Assembly: GCF_017937405.1 (NCBI RefSeq)
Contig: NZ_JAGBDS010000007.1
DNA: 64,000 nt
Reading direction: 5' to 3' (one strand)
Source: Oscillibacter sp.
GTDB taxonomy: Bacteria > Bacillota > Clostridia > Oscillospirales > Oscillospiraceae
A program made the position numbers and the translations under genes. The notes under the pieces were generated by a model. It was not told the origin of the DNA. It was given only the letters and a program-made list of their open reading frames with translations, and ran no database searches. Position 1 is the stretch's first letter. Each line of letters begins with the position of its first letter. Of this stretch, positions 9,349-18,948 are shown one piece after another.

Positions 9349-9661
9349 ATGGTCATTCTCCACGAAACGGAGTGTTGTTTGGTAGAATCCACGCCCGAGG
9401 TCACTTTTTTACACATCATCTTGATCTGCTGCTGGCCCCCACATACTGTCTCCCAAAAGGGTTTCTGAGATCCGCATCTTTTCTTGTCAGGATGCCTATG
9501 CGGTCTGTCCCAGATGCAAGGCAACCAGGGAACGGGAATATCAGAAATACTGTGACCGATGTGGACAAAGACTTTCCTGGTCAGAATATGACCAGGCGGA
9601 GGTGGGCAACGGAGTTAAATCCGCAAACGTTGAAAATCTCAATTACATACTATCCTTATGA
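9349..9661 (+). pseudogene. Small zinc-ribbon protein with two -1 frameshifts
   Basis: GAGGTG RBS plus ATG. Joining three frames at T6 (9405-9410) and CCCAAAAGGG (~9452-9461) gives ...DLLLAPTY...EIRIFSCQDAYAVCPRC...YCDRCGQRLSW. Confidence 0.6.
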
Positions 9662-9754
9662 CACCAGAGACGCTCTGGCGGTCTCACGTATCATAGGGGA
9701 CCGCGGAGTATAGAGCGTTTTCGGGTGAATTTTCAAGAAAGAAGGTCGTAAAAA

Positions 9755-10678
9755 ATGGCAGCAAATGTAGAAACGATGATGTATGTGAGAGAGCGTCCCT
9801 GGCACGGATTGGGTACGGAGGTGTCCGAAGCGCCCAACAGTGAAGATGCCTTGCGTTTTGCAGGGCTGGATTGGAACGTCCGGCAGGAAAATATCTTCAA
9901 CGCCCGTGGCGGTATCATCAAAGGCTTCAAGGCAAATGTGCGTGACAGCGACGACAGCGTGCTGGGGGTGGTAGGTGACCGCTACAAGGTCGTCCAGAAC
10001 ATTGACGCTTTCAAATTTACCGATGACCTGATCGGAGGGGATGTCCGTTACGAAACCGCTGGCTCCCTGCGGGACGGAAAGCAAATCTGGCTACTGGCAA
10101 AAATGCCGGAGCGTAAGATCGCCGGGGATGCCGTAGAGCCGTACCTCTGCTTCACCAATGCCCATGACGGCAGCAGCGGCGTCCGGGTCTGTATGACACC
10201 CATCCGGGTCGTATGCAACAACACGCTGAATGTGGCCCTTGCTACCGCCAAGCGTACCTGGTCCATGCGTCACACCGAAAATGTCCATGAACGCTTGAAC
10301 GAGGCTCGAGACTGCCTGTTCCGTGCCGAAGACTATATGGACGGATTGGCCGAATACGCGGACATGGCAGCCAATAAATCGCTGCGTGATGATGAGATCA
10401 GAGATATCCTCAACGAGCTGTTTCCTGTTACAGAAAAGACAACGGAGCGGGAAAAGGCCACCATTGCCAAGTGTAAAGACGAGTTCATGGTCTGCTACTT
10501 CGCGCCGGATATCACTAAGTTTCGGGGGACGGCATGGGGCGCCATCAACGCCATCAGCGATTTGGTGACCCACAGTATGCCCCACAGAAACACGAAAAAC
10601 TACGCTGAAAACAACTGGGGAAAAGTGATGAGCGGCCATGTCCTGATGGACAGAATGGCCGCTCTTTGCATGAGGTGA
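9755..10678 (+). CDS. DUF932 / TIGR03299-type phage/plasmid-like protein
   Basis: MAANVETMMYVRERPWHGLG start, AGLDW, NAHDGS, TPIRVVCNNTL. Confidence 0.9.
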   Translation: MAANVETMMYVRERPWHGLGTEVSEAPNSEDALRFAGLDWNVRQENIFNARGGIIKGFKANVRDSDDSVLGVVGDRYKVVQNIDAFKFTDDLIGGDVRYETAGSLRDGKQIWLLAKMPERKIAGDAVEPYLCFTNAHDGSSGVRVCMTPIRVVCNNTLNVALATAKRTWSMRHTENVHERLNEARDCLFRAEDYMDGLAEYADMAANKSLRDDEIRDILNELFPVTEKTTEREKATIAKCKDEFMVCYFAPDITKFRGTAWGAINAISDLVTHSMPHRNTKNYAENNWGKVMSGHVLMDRMAALCMR

Positions 10679-10682
10679 AGAG

Positions 10683-11636
10683 ATGATGGTAAGAGGACTG
10701 AAAAAGATATCTACCAAAGGAATGAGCCGTGAAGAGTGGCTGGAGCGGCGCAGAAAAACCATCGGCGGGGCTGATGCTGCCGGGATCGTGGGCTTGTCCA
10801 AGTGGGCAAGCCCTTTTTCTGTTTGGGCGGATAAGACCGGACGGGCAGTGGAGAAGGAGGACACAGAAGCCATGCGCCAGGGGCGTGATTTAGAGGACTA
10901 TGTAGCCCGGCGCTGGATGGAAGAAACAGGCAAGCGGGTCTATCGACTGGCAGCTATGCTGTATAATCCCCAATATCCCTTTGCCCACGCAGATGTTGAC
11001 CGTATGGTGATGGGCGAAAATGCCGGATTGGAGTGCAAAACTACGTTTTCTCTTGACCTGAAGCAGTTCAACGGCGTGGAGTTTCCGGTGCAGTATTACG
11101 CACAGTGCGTGCACTATCTGGCCGTGACCGGGGCAGAGCGGTGGTATCTGGCGGTCCTGGCCTATGGCCGGGGCTTTTTTACCTTTGTCCTGGAACGGAA
11201 CCAGGCGGAAATCGACGCTCTGATGACAGCGGAAGCGGCGTTCTGGAGGCAAGTAGAGCAGGATATCCCGCCTGCCGCTGATGGCTCCGAGGCCACCACA
11301 GCAGCCTTACAGGAGGTCTATCCAGTCAGTCTCCATACCACCACAGCACTGTTTGGCCGGGATGCCGTGCTGCAGGAGTATATGCGTCTGAAAGAGGACA
11401 AAAAGGCGCTGGATTTCCGTATCGGCGAGATTGAGAACACCATCAAGGCCGATCTGGGTAACTCGGAGAGTGGTTCCTGCGGCCTATTCAATGTCAGTTG
11501 GAAATCCCAGATCCGACAGACCTTTCAGGCAAAAGAGTTTGCCAAAGACCACCCCAATATTGATTTGACACCCTACTACAAAAATACGAATCTCCGCCCC
11601 TTTAAGGTGACAGAGAGAACATTGGAGGCAGTATAG
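10683..11636 (+). CDS. YqaJ-like viral recombinase (lambda-exonuclease family)
   Basis: WLERRRKTIGGAD, ADVDR...GLECKT, YYAQCVHYLAVTG. Confidence 0.93.
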   Translation: MMVRGLKKISTKGMSREEWLERRRKTIGGADAAGIVGLSKWASPFSVWADKTGRAVEKEDTEAMRQGRDLEDYVARRWMEETGKRVYRLAAMLYNPQYPFAHADVDRMVMGENAGLECKTTFSLDLKQFNGVEFPVQYYAQCVHYLAVTGAERWYLAVLAYGRGFFTFVLERNQAEIDALMTAEAAFWRQVEQDIPPAADGSEATTAALQEVYPVSLHTTTALFGRDAVLQEYMRLKEDKKALDFRIGEIENTIKADLGNSESGSCGLFNVSWKSQIRQTFQAKEFAKDHPNIDLTPYYKNTNLRPFKVTERTLEAV

Positions 11637-11637
11637 C

Positions 11638-12447
11638 ATGAGCAGTGATATGATCCAGAAAGCCACCACACAAGCCGCGGCAAAGGCCCCAGATGCCAAA
11701 GCATCCATGCAAGTCTATATCAAGCAGATGCAGGGTGAGATCAAAAAGGCGCTTCCTGCTGTTATGACGCCGGAGCGTTTTACCCGCATCGTCCTGTCTG
11801 CCCTTTCCGCCAATCCCAAGCTGGCACAGACCACGCCCCAGTCCTTCCTTGCCGCCATGATGACAGCAGCACAGTTGGGTATGGAACCCAATACCCCGCT
11901 TGGACAAGCCTATCTGATTCCCTATTACAACAGCAAGAGCCGCTGCAACGAATGCCAGTTCCAGCTTGGCTATAAGGGCCTGATCGACCTTGCCTACCGC
12001 AGCGGTGAGGTGAGCATCATTCAGGCGCAGGTGGTCTATGAACACGATGATTTTACCTATTCCTTCGGGCTGGAGCCTGTTTTGAAGCATATCCCCGCTG
12101 CTTCCGACCGAGGAGAACCTACCTATGTTTATGCCATGTTCCGCACCAAGGACGGTGGATTCGGATTCGATGTGATGAGCATGGATGCCATTCGCACCTT
12201 TGCCCAGCAGTACAGCAAGTCTTTCAGCTCAGGTCCATGGCAGACGAACTTTGAAGAAATGGCGAAAAAGACCGTTCTCAAAAAGGTGCTGAAATACGCC
12301 CCGCTGAAATCCGACTTCCTCCGTGGCATGGCGCAGGACGGCACTATCAAGACCGAGGTCAGTGAAGATATGTATATGGTTCCTGGAACGGTGGTCGAGG
12401 TGGACGGCGAAACAGGCGAGGTCACAGAAGTCAGCCGTGAGTCTTGA
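11638..12447 (+). CDS. recT: RecT single-strand annealing protein
   Basis: AAQLGMEPNTPLGQAYLIPY, FQLGYKGLIDLAYRSG, EMAKKTVLK. Confidence 0.95.
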   Translation: MSSDMIQKATTQAAAKAPDAKASMQVYIKQMQGEIKKALPAVMTPERFTRIVLSALSANPKLAQTTPQSFLAAMMTAAQLGMEPNTPLGQAYLIPYYNSKSRCNECQFQLGYKGLIDLAYRSGEVSIIQAQVVYEHDDFTYSFGLEPVLKHIPAASDRGEPTYVYAMFRTKDGGFGFDVMSMDAIRTFAQQYSKSFSSGPWQTNFEEMAKKTVLKKVLKYAPLKSDFLRGMAQDGTIKTEVSEDMYMVPGTVVEVDGETGEVTEVSRES

Positions 12448-12476
12448 AGATATTGAAACGGCGTCAGGAGGGAACC

Positions 12477-12785
12477 ATGCTTGACTATATGTGTGGCTTA
12501 CAGGCCAAGTTTTTTCATGCCCCCAGCTTCCCTGATCTGGAGCAGGAGATCGCTACGCTGCACGATGAATTGGTGCAGAAGATGGACAGAGCGGACAGGC
12601 GGAAACTATTGGAATTAGGGGACTTGACAGACGAGTTATGCAGCAGGATCACACTTGCCGGCTTTACTGCCGGATTTAAGCTTGCTGCTGGTATTGCGGC
12701 GGAGCTGGGTATAGATGGCGCATATTCCTTTGACGAGGATGAAGAAAAGAGCGCCATCCGCAGTATGGAAAGCGAAGAAAATTAG
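12477..12785 (+). CDS. Small helical hypothetical protein (DUF6809-like)
   Basis: GGAGGG RBS before ATG 12477; FTAGFKLAAGIAAEL motif. Confidence 0.6.
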   Translation: MLDYMCGLQAKFFHAPSFPDLEQEIATLHDELVQKMDRADRRKLLELGDLTDELCSRITLAGFTAGFKLAAGIAAELGIDGAYSFDEDEEKSAIRSMESEEN

Positions 12786-12890
12786 TGTTCTTCAAAATTA
12801 TTTTTCAAATAGACACTGTCTGTCCACCACGATTGCTATGCTGAAAATACAGAAGCGCAAAAAGAATACGACAGAAAGGATGCGTGCTAC

Positions 12891-13826
12891 ATGAATACGA
12901 CTGAAACCAATGAAGCGACTTTGGAAAATATGCAGGAGGCCGCCGAGAAAGTCGCCGAAGAAAAGACATGGTTTGACGCTCTGGAAGCGTCCGGCCTGCG
13001 AATTACCGAAAAGCAGAAACAGGATATCTCCGAGAAAATCAACGATATGCTGGAATATCAGCCAGCCATTGGGCTTTTCGGAAAGACTGGCGCCGGAAAG
13101 TCCAGCCTGTGCAATGCCCTTTTCGGGCAGGATGTTTGCCCCATCGATGATGTCGCCGCCTGCACCCGTGACCCCCAATCCGTGCTGCTGAACATGGGCT
13201 GCAATGGCATCAAGCTGATCGACGTTCCCGGTGTGGGCGAGAGTGCCGAGGTAGATGAAATGTGCGAGGCACTGTATACCGAGCTGCTGCCAAAGCTGGA
13301 TATGGTGCTGTGGCTGGTAAAAGCGGATGACCGGGCAACGGCAGCAGATAAGGACTTCTACGAGCGGATCGTCCGCCCTGCTGTGGAGGACAAAAAACCT
13401 GTGCTACTGGTACTGACGCAAGTCGATAAAATGGAACCCTTCCGGGAGTGGAACGTGGAACAGCACGAACCCGGAGCGACGCAGTTCCAGAACATCCACC
13501 GTAAGGCAACGCTGATGGCCGAGGAGTTTGGCCTGCGTGAAAACCAGGTCATTCCTGTCTCCGCCGGGGAGCAATACAATCTGGCGAAGCTGGTGGGCGA
13601 AATGGTGTTCGCATTGCCTGTGGAGCAGAATATCGCTGTGCTTCGGGCTGTGAACAGCGAATACCGTTCCGAGGAGGCCACCAGATATGTGAAGGACAAC
13701 ATCTTTGACATGATCGGCGAGATCATCGGCTCCGTATGCTTCAGCGCAAGTCTGGCAGTCAGTGAGATTGCCGATACTATCCATGACTGGTGGCAGTCAC
13801 ACGAGCCCTGGTGGTGGCCGATCTGA
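12891..13826 (+). CDS. YeeP/YkfA-like (Era-related) GTPase
   Basis: G1 GKTGAGKS, G2 CT, G3 DVPG, G4 TQVD, VSA. Confidence 0.88.
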   Translation: MNTTETNEATLENMQEAAEKVAEEKTWFDALEASGLRITEKQKQDISEKINDMLEYQPAIGLFGKTGAGKSSLCNALFGQDVCPIDDVAACTRDPQSVLLNMGCNGIKLIDVPGVGESAEVDEMCEALYTELLPKLDMVLWLVKADDRATAADKDFYERIVRPAVEDKKPVLLVLTQVDKMEPFREWNVEQHEPGATQFQNIHRKATLMAEEFGLRENQVIPVSAGEQYNLAKLVGEMVFALPVEQNIAVLRAVNSEYRSEEATRYVKDNIFDMIGEIIGSVCFSASLAVSEIADTIHDWWQSHEPWWWPI

Positions 13827-13896
13827 TAAAAGTATACGTTGTTTGCTGGGGCCTCGCCATTTGGCGGGGCCTCTTTTATGAAATGGAGGACAAAGA

Positions 13897-14952
13897 TTGA
13901 ATCTGCCTGTACAAGTTGATCAAAAGCAGTTGATGGACATACTGCTGAATGTTGGCACTGTCCGCCCGGTATTTATCTGGGGTGCTCCCGGTATCGGGAA
14001 ATCCGCTATTGTGGAGCAATTCGCAAAGGACCTTGGTCTGGAGTGTATGTCCCTGCTGGGCAGTCAGTTAGCCCCGGAAGATATCATTGGCGTTCCGCAA
14101 ATCACGGATGGGCGGAGCGTATTTTGCCCACCCCGCAGCATTGCCCGTGATGAACCCTACTGCCTTTTTCTGGACGAGCTGAATGCCTGCTCTCATGAGG
14201 TGCAGAAAGCGTTTTACTCGCTGATCTTGGAGCGTCGCATCGGAGAGTATCATCTGCCGGAGGGGTCTATCGTCATCGGCGCTGGCAACCGTGCGCAGGA
14301 CAATGCCATTACCCGGCCCATGTCTTCCGCTCTGCTGAACCGGATGTTCCATGTGGAAATGGTTGCAAACAGCCGAATCTGGCTGGAATGGGCGGCACAA
14401 AACAATATCCACCGTTACGTCTACGACTACATCTGCTCCCGTCCCGACCACCTGTGGGCTCAGCCACCTAAGACGGAGGAGCCCTTTTCCACGCCCAGAA
14501 GCTGGCACATGCTGAGTGATGCCATTCACAGCTACGGGGATCATATCTCCGAAGCAAACCTGTCGTTGCTGGCTCATGGCTGCCTGACTTCCGCCCATGC
14601 CACACAGTTTGTTGCCTATGTCCGTCAGGTACGGTGTAAGTATTCTGTTAAGAGAATTATAGACGGAGAGCAGCGCTGGCCGGAAAGAGCAGAGGAGCGG
14701 GATGTCCTGTATTTCCTTGCCCAAAGTTTCCGTTCTCAGTTGGTAAAGGAGCTGCCGCCCACGCGCAATCAGTTGAGCGGAAGCGCCAGAACGCTGGCAT
14801 ACCGGGCAAAAGAGCTGCTGGTGGAATTGGCGGAAATCAGTTTGGAGATCGCACAGATGGCTATCACTCCGGAGGATGATAAAGCGCTGCCAAACTGGTT
14901 TATCGTGGAAGCTGCCAAGGATATTCCGAACCTGGTCGGAAAAAGGAAATAG
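13897..14952 (+). CDS. MoxR-family AAA+ ATPase
   Basis: GAPGIGKS, LFLDELN, GAGNR, ALLNRM, TPRSW. TTG start after GGAGG. Confidence 0.92.
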   Translation: MNLPVQVDQKQLMDILLNVGTVRPVFIWGAPGIGKSAIVEQFAKDLGLECMSLLGSQLAPEDIIGVPQITDGRSVFCPPRSIARDEPYCLFLDELNACSHEVQKAFYSLILERRIGEYHLPEGSIVIGAGNRAQDNAITRPMSSALLNRMFHVEMVANSRIWLEWAAQNNIHRYVYDYICSRPDHLWAQPPKTEEPFSTPRSWHMLSDAIHSYGDHISEANLSLLAHGCLTSAHATQFVAYVRQVRCKYSVKRIIDGEQRWPERAEERDVLYFLAQSFRSQLVKELPPTRNQLSGSARTLAYRAKELLVELAEISLEIAQMAITPEDDKALPNWFIVEAAKDIPNLVGKRK

Positions 14953-14955
14953 TAT

Positions 14956-16721
14956 ATGAAGAAAACTGCTGAAAAAAAGTCAATGCATCCACCCCCTTAG
15001 ACGCTGCCTATAAAATACTTGGGCAATCCCCGCTGGGAGGCCTGGCTGCAGACGTAATGAATATCTACTGTGATAACAGCTATCCCATGGCAAGAGATGA
15101 TTGGGCGTATGTAACGAGCATGGGGTACATTTATCTAAATCCACGGAAACAGGCAACCGCAGACGAATGGACGTTCGTTATCGCGCACTGCCTGCTGCAT
15201 TTGGGAATGGGGCATTTTACCGAAAACCGCAAAGACGACCCAGTATGGCAGGAAGCCTGCGACCTCATCGTGACCCGATTCCTGTTGGACAGTCACATTG
15301 GAACACCGCCAATGGACGTCGGCTTTATACAGGCATTTCAGGGTTCAGAAGAAAAACTTTACGAAAGATTTCTGGCTGATCCCGGCACCAGACCTGTCCG
15401 CAGCTTGAGCATGATGTCTCAGGGGAGAATGGACATGCTGTGGGAGGGGCAAGGGCGGTACGAGAGTTTTCAAGAGGCGTTTGCAGACTCTATCAGGGAT
15501 GCCTTGAAAGAATCCATCGAGACAGCCGGCGGTATTTCTCCTGATATGCAAAAGAACAGACGCGGCTTTCATACTGCATACCGGCGAGCAAAAGAGTGGT
15601 TCGTCAGCAGTTATCCGCTGCTGGGAGCTGTGGCATCAGGCTTTCATCTGGTGGACGATGCAGAGGCCGTTCAGCGGATGCACATTCCAGTGGCAGCGGT
15701 AGACCCGCATTTACAGGAAATCTATATCAATAGCCGCTGCCGCATGAACTATCATGAGTGGAAATTTGTCTTGGCTCATGAGTTCCTGCACGCTGCTCTC
15801 CGGCATGATGTACGTCGGGAAGAGCGGGACCCGATATTATGGAACGTAGCCTGCGATTATGTCATCAATGGCTGGCTTTTGGAAATGAACGTTGGACAGA
15901 TGCCGGAAACAGCTCTCTACGACGAGCATTTCAAAGGCATGTCCGCAGAATCCATCTATGATGTCCTTTTTGAAAATTTGAAGTATTATCAGAGTCTCGA
16001 TCCAAAGGATATTATCTACAATGGGGATAATTGGTGGGAAACACAGAGCGGGGCAGAGATCGATGCGTTTTTTCGGTCTGCCATCCAGCGGGGATTGGAC
16101 TATCATCAGCAGCGTGGACGAGGAGAACTTCCCGGTAATTTTATAGAAGAAGTCCGTGCCATCAACCAACCGCCTATCCGATGGGATGTAGAACTCGCCA
16201 AATGGTTTGACGAGCAGTTCCGGCCGTTGGAGCCGCAGCGCACCTATGCCCGTCTCAGTCGCCGCCAAAGCTCTACGCCTGATATTCCACGCCCTGCATG
16301 GACATTCCCGGAAGGGCAAACCGAACAACGTATCTTTGGCGTTCTACTGGATACCTCCGGTTCCATGGATCGAAGCTTGCTTGCTGCCGCCCTTGGCGCT
16401 ATCGCAAGCTACGCTGAATCCAGAGATGTCCACCACATCCGTGTTGTTTTCTGTGATGCCGCCGCCTATGACCAGGGCGTTCTGCCCCCGGAGGACATTG
16501 CGGAAACTGTCAGAATCCGTGGCAGGGGTGGAACCCGGCTGCAGCCGGGAATTGACCTGCTTGATAAAGCCGAAGATTTTCCGAAAGATGCTCCGCTTCT
16601 GATTATCACAGATGGATGCTGTGAACGTCTGACACTTTACGGGCGCAACCACGCATTTCTGATTCCTGCTGGCAACCATTTACCCTTTACGCCGCGTGGT
16701 CCAGTATTCCGGTTGAAGTAG
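14956..16721 (+). CDS. DUF2201-type metallopeptidase + vWA protein; N-terminus joined across a -1 shift at A7 (14972-14978); long ORF begins at 15057
   Basis: AHCLLH and AHEFLH motifs, WNVACDYVIN, MIDAS DTSGS, GRGGT, IITDG. Confidence 0.85.
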
Positions 16722-16793
16722 CGGCACGTCAACAATACTATGCAGTTTATTAGCCCCGGTTTTCCGGGGCCATTTTTATGGAGAGGTCTGAAT

Positions 16794-17150
16794 ATGAGAA
16801 GAAATGCGAACGATATCATCTATGACGAAGTGGCCGTACTTGGTACACCGGCTCTGTTTACAGACTGGCGGGTAGACCGTGCCACGATTCCCGCAGACAT
16901 GTTCCTGTACGAAGTCCGCCATGCGGACAGCGATTGGGGGGACCCCTGCCAGTTGGCCTGGGGTATTCTCGTCAATTTCTATGGAACCATCCTGACAGCG
17001 CAGCCTATGGATATCCCGGAAAGCGGATATCTGAATTTTGACAGCGGGGATTGGGTTTATGCAGAAGGAGATACCTGTGCAGCCATCCCGGAATTTTTGA
17101 AAAAGTATGGCGTAAAGGAGGGGGAGGTAAATGCACAACACGATCTATGA
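16794..17150 (+). CDS. LPD28-like (large polyvalent protein-associated domain) protein
   Basis: PALFTDWRVDRATIP...YEVRH.D.DWGDP...ILVNFYGTILT; GAGAGG RBS. Confidence 0.8.
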   Translation: MRRNANDIIYDEVAVLGTPALFTDWRVDRATIPADMFLYEVRHADSDWGDPCQLAWGILVNFYGTILTAQPMDIPESGYLNFDSGDWVYAEGDTCAAIPEFLKKYGVKEGEVNAQHDL

Positions 17151-17616
17151 GATCTCCGACAAACCTATCCCCAAGAGCGGTAGAGCAACCGTTGGAAGCC
17201 TACCTGCGTGGTTTTTCGATTCGGTATCTGATGGTGCTTGCGAAATATCTGACGGCGATCGGGAGCAGGAGATCAACCGCCTTTCCCATCACCTTGGTTC
17301 ATCCTGCACATGGGATGGTAAAAAACTGATGCTCTCCCCGGATATTCGGCAGGAATACTTCAAAGGGGCTTTCGAGTATTTCAAGAAAGCCGCATCTGCA
17401 CTGGCTGAAACTGAGTATTCTGTGTTCTCAGGTGCAGCATCATCCGCTGCATTTGACCTGGCACTGCAAGGTATGGCAGAGAGTTATGCAGACAAATTCG
17501 GGTTCTATGTCTATGAGCCCGGCATCAGGGAATTGTTTCTGCTGGATACCTGGATTCGCAGTGCAGACGTGTCAAAGCCCTACTATGTTGGGAGCGCAAT
17601 TGACTACCACTGTTAA
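17131..17616 (+). CDS. Hypothetical protein
   Basis: GGAGG RBS, overlaps the previous gene, ends YVGSAIDYHC. Confidence 0.75.
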   Translation: MHNTIYEISDKPIPKSGRATVGSLPAWFFDSVSDGACEISDGDREQEINRLSHHLGSSCTWDGKKLMLSPDIRQEYFKGAFEYFKKAASALAETEYSVFSGAASSAAFDLALQGMAESYADKFGFYVYEPGIRELFLLDTWIRSADVSKPYYVGSAIDYHC

Positions 17617-17733
17617 CGTACTGGTTGATGTCCAATTCAGGCCCTCCTGGTACATATAAAAAGAGTCCCATCTGGGTTAGCTTTCGCATTTTGGCATGTA
17701 CTATCTGCGGTAGCTAACCTGATGGGGCTCTCG

Positions 17734-18087
17734 TTACTCCTGGGCAGCGATAATTGTCTCACAATATTTTTTCAGTGTCGGGATATCATCTGTGATGATC
17801 TCCCAAGTAATTTCGGGGTCCACAGTGCCGTAGCTATGAGCTACAATATTTCGCATAGCCTTGATTTGCCGCCATGGAACAGCAGGATGCTGTTCCCGAA
17901 ACCCATCTGTCAGCTTTCCAACTAACTCACCGATCTGAAGGATGCAAAGCGCGGCTGCATTCCGGTAGATTGGGTCATTTTGAAAAACAATCGGGTCGTC
18001 TCCAAAGCGTTCTATCGTCTGCTCAACTTGCTGGCAGTAAGAAACGATATGCTCCAGAACACTGATATTACGGTCAAGAGGCTTCAT
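17734..18087 (-). CDS. hepT: HepT-like (DUF86/HEPN) ribonuclease toxin
   Basis: IGELV, PWRQIKAMRNIVAHSY (RX4HXY). Confidence 0.9.
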   Translation of the reverse strand: MKPLDRNISVLEHIVSYCQQVEQTIERFGDDPIVFQNDPIYRNAAALCILQIGELVGKLTDGFREQHPAVPWRQIKAMRNIVAHSYGTVDPEITWEIITDDIPTLKKYCETIIAAQE

Positions 18088-18370
18088 AGAGCAACACCTC
18101 ATCATCTCGGATGGAATCCAAAAAGCGCTGGTCAAGACTGGTCGTGGGAACCAAATCCACAGGCCGTCCAAGAGAATCCTCCAAGTCCAGGAGAAGGCCA
18201 GCTAATTGGAAGCCTTTGATTGCCCCCTTGTCAATTCGCAAATCAATATCACTGGAATCCGTCATATCGCCTCTGGCACAGGAACCAAACAAATAGACCC
18301 GTTCCGCGCCATACTGTGCAGCCAACTTAGACACGATTTCCCGGATTTCATCCAGTGCATAGGTTTTCAT
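18074..18370 (-). CDS. mntA: MntA-like minimal nucleotidyltransferase antitoxin
   Basis: LFGSCARGD...SDIDL, GRPVDLV. Overlaps the toxin start. Confidence 0.9.
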   Translation of the reverse strand: MKTYALDEIREIVSKLAAQYGAERVYLFGSCARGDMTDSSDIDLRIDKGAIKGFQLAGLLLDLEDSLGRPVDLVPTTSLDQRFLDSIRDDEVLLYEAS

Positions 18371-18408
18371 GGAAGACACCTCCCGCAAATGCTCCTTTAT
18401 TCAACTGT

Positions 18409-18437
18409 AGTATACCAAGGAAAATGCACATTTACAA
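18409..18437 (-). promoter_or_regulatory. Sigma-A promoter of the TA operon
   Basis: TTGTAA-17-TATACT on the minus strand. Confidence 0.65.
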
Positions 18438-18601
18438 GCAAAGGAGTGGTGAAATGGTTAAATTCTCCTGTTTAGATATCGTTATCCATTGGTACCTGCC
18501 GAACCAATAAGCGAAATGTTTCCCATGGTTCTTTTCGCTCTCCGATTCACGTTTACCTTGGAAACATACAGGTAAACAACTGGAAAAGGAGTTGAATAAC
18601 C

Positions 18602-18787
18602 TTGTCTGAGCAAGAGAACGCATTATTGACCATTGACGAATTGTGCAGCGCATTGATGATAGGACGTAATACAGCATACCAACTGCTAAATTCCGGTGCA
18701 ATCAAGGCTTTTCGGATCGGCCGATGCTGGAAGATTCCAAAGGCCGCAGTACGTGATTTTTTAGAGGCATCTCATACGGTTTTATAA
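18602..18787 (+). CDS. Excisionase-like helix-turn-helix protein (HTH_17)
   Basis: LLTIDEL...IGRNTAYQLL..G.IKAFRIGRCWKIP; AAGGAG RBS. Confidence 0.85.
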   Translation: MSEQENALLTIDELCSALMIGRNTAYQLLNSGAIKAFRIGRCWKIPKAAVRDFLEASHTVL

Positions 18788-18948
18788 TCGACCGCAAGTC
18801 TTGCGTGTAGGAGGCATACCCTTTTCACAAATTTGATTGCATCAGCTTCAGAAGGGACATTACCCAGTGTTTATGATGATATTGCGTTTTTATAGCTTAC
18901 ACTATCCTATATGGGTTCAAAGAGGGCTGCTCAGGCAGCCCTCTTCAC

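Noticed and set aside
9755-12447. Prophage call from YqaJ/RecT
   Set aside because: No terminase, capsid, tail or lysis genes; the relaxase points to a mobilisable element.
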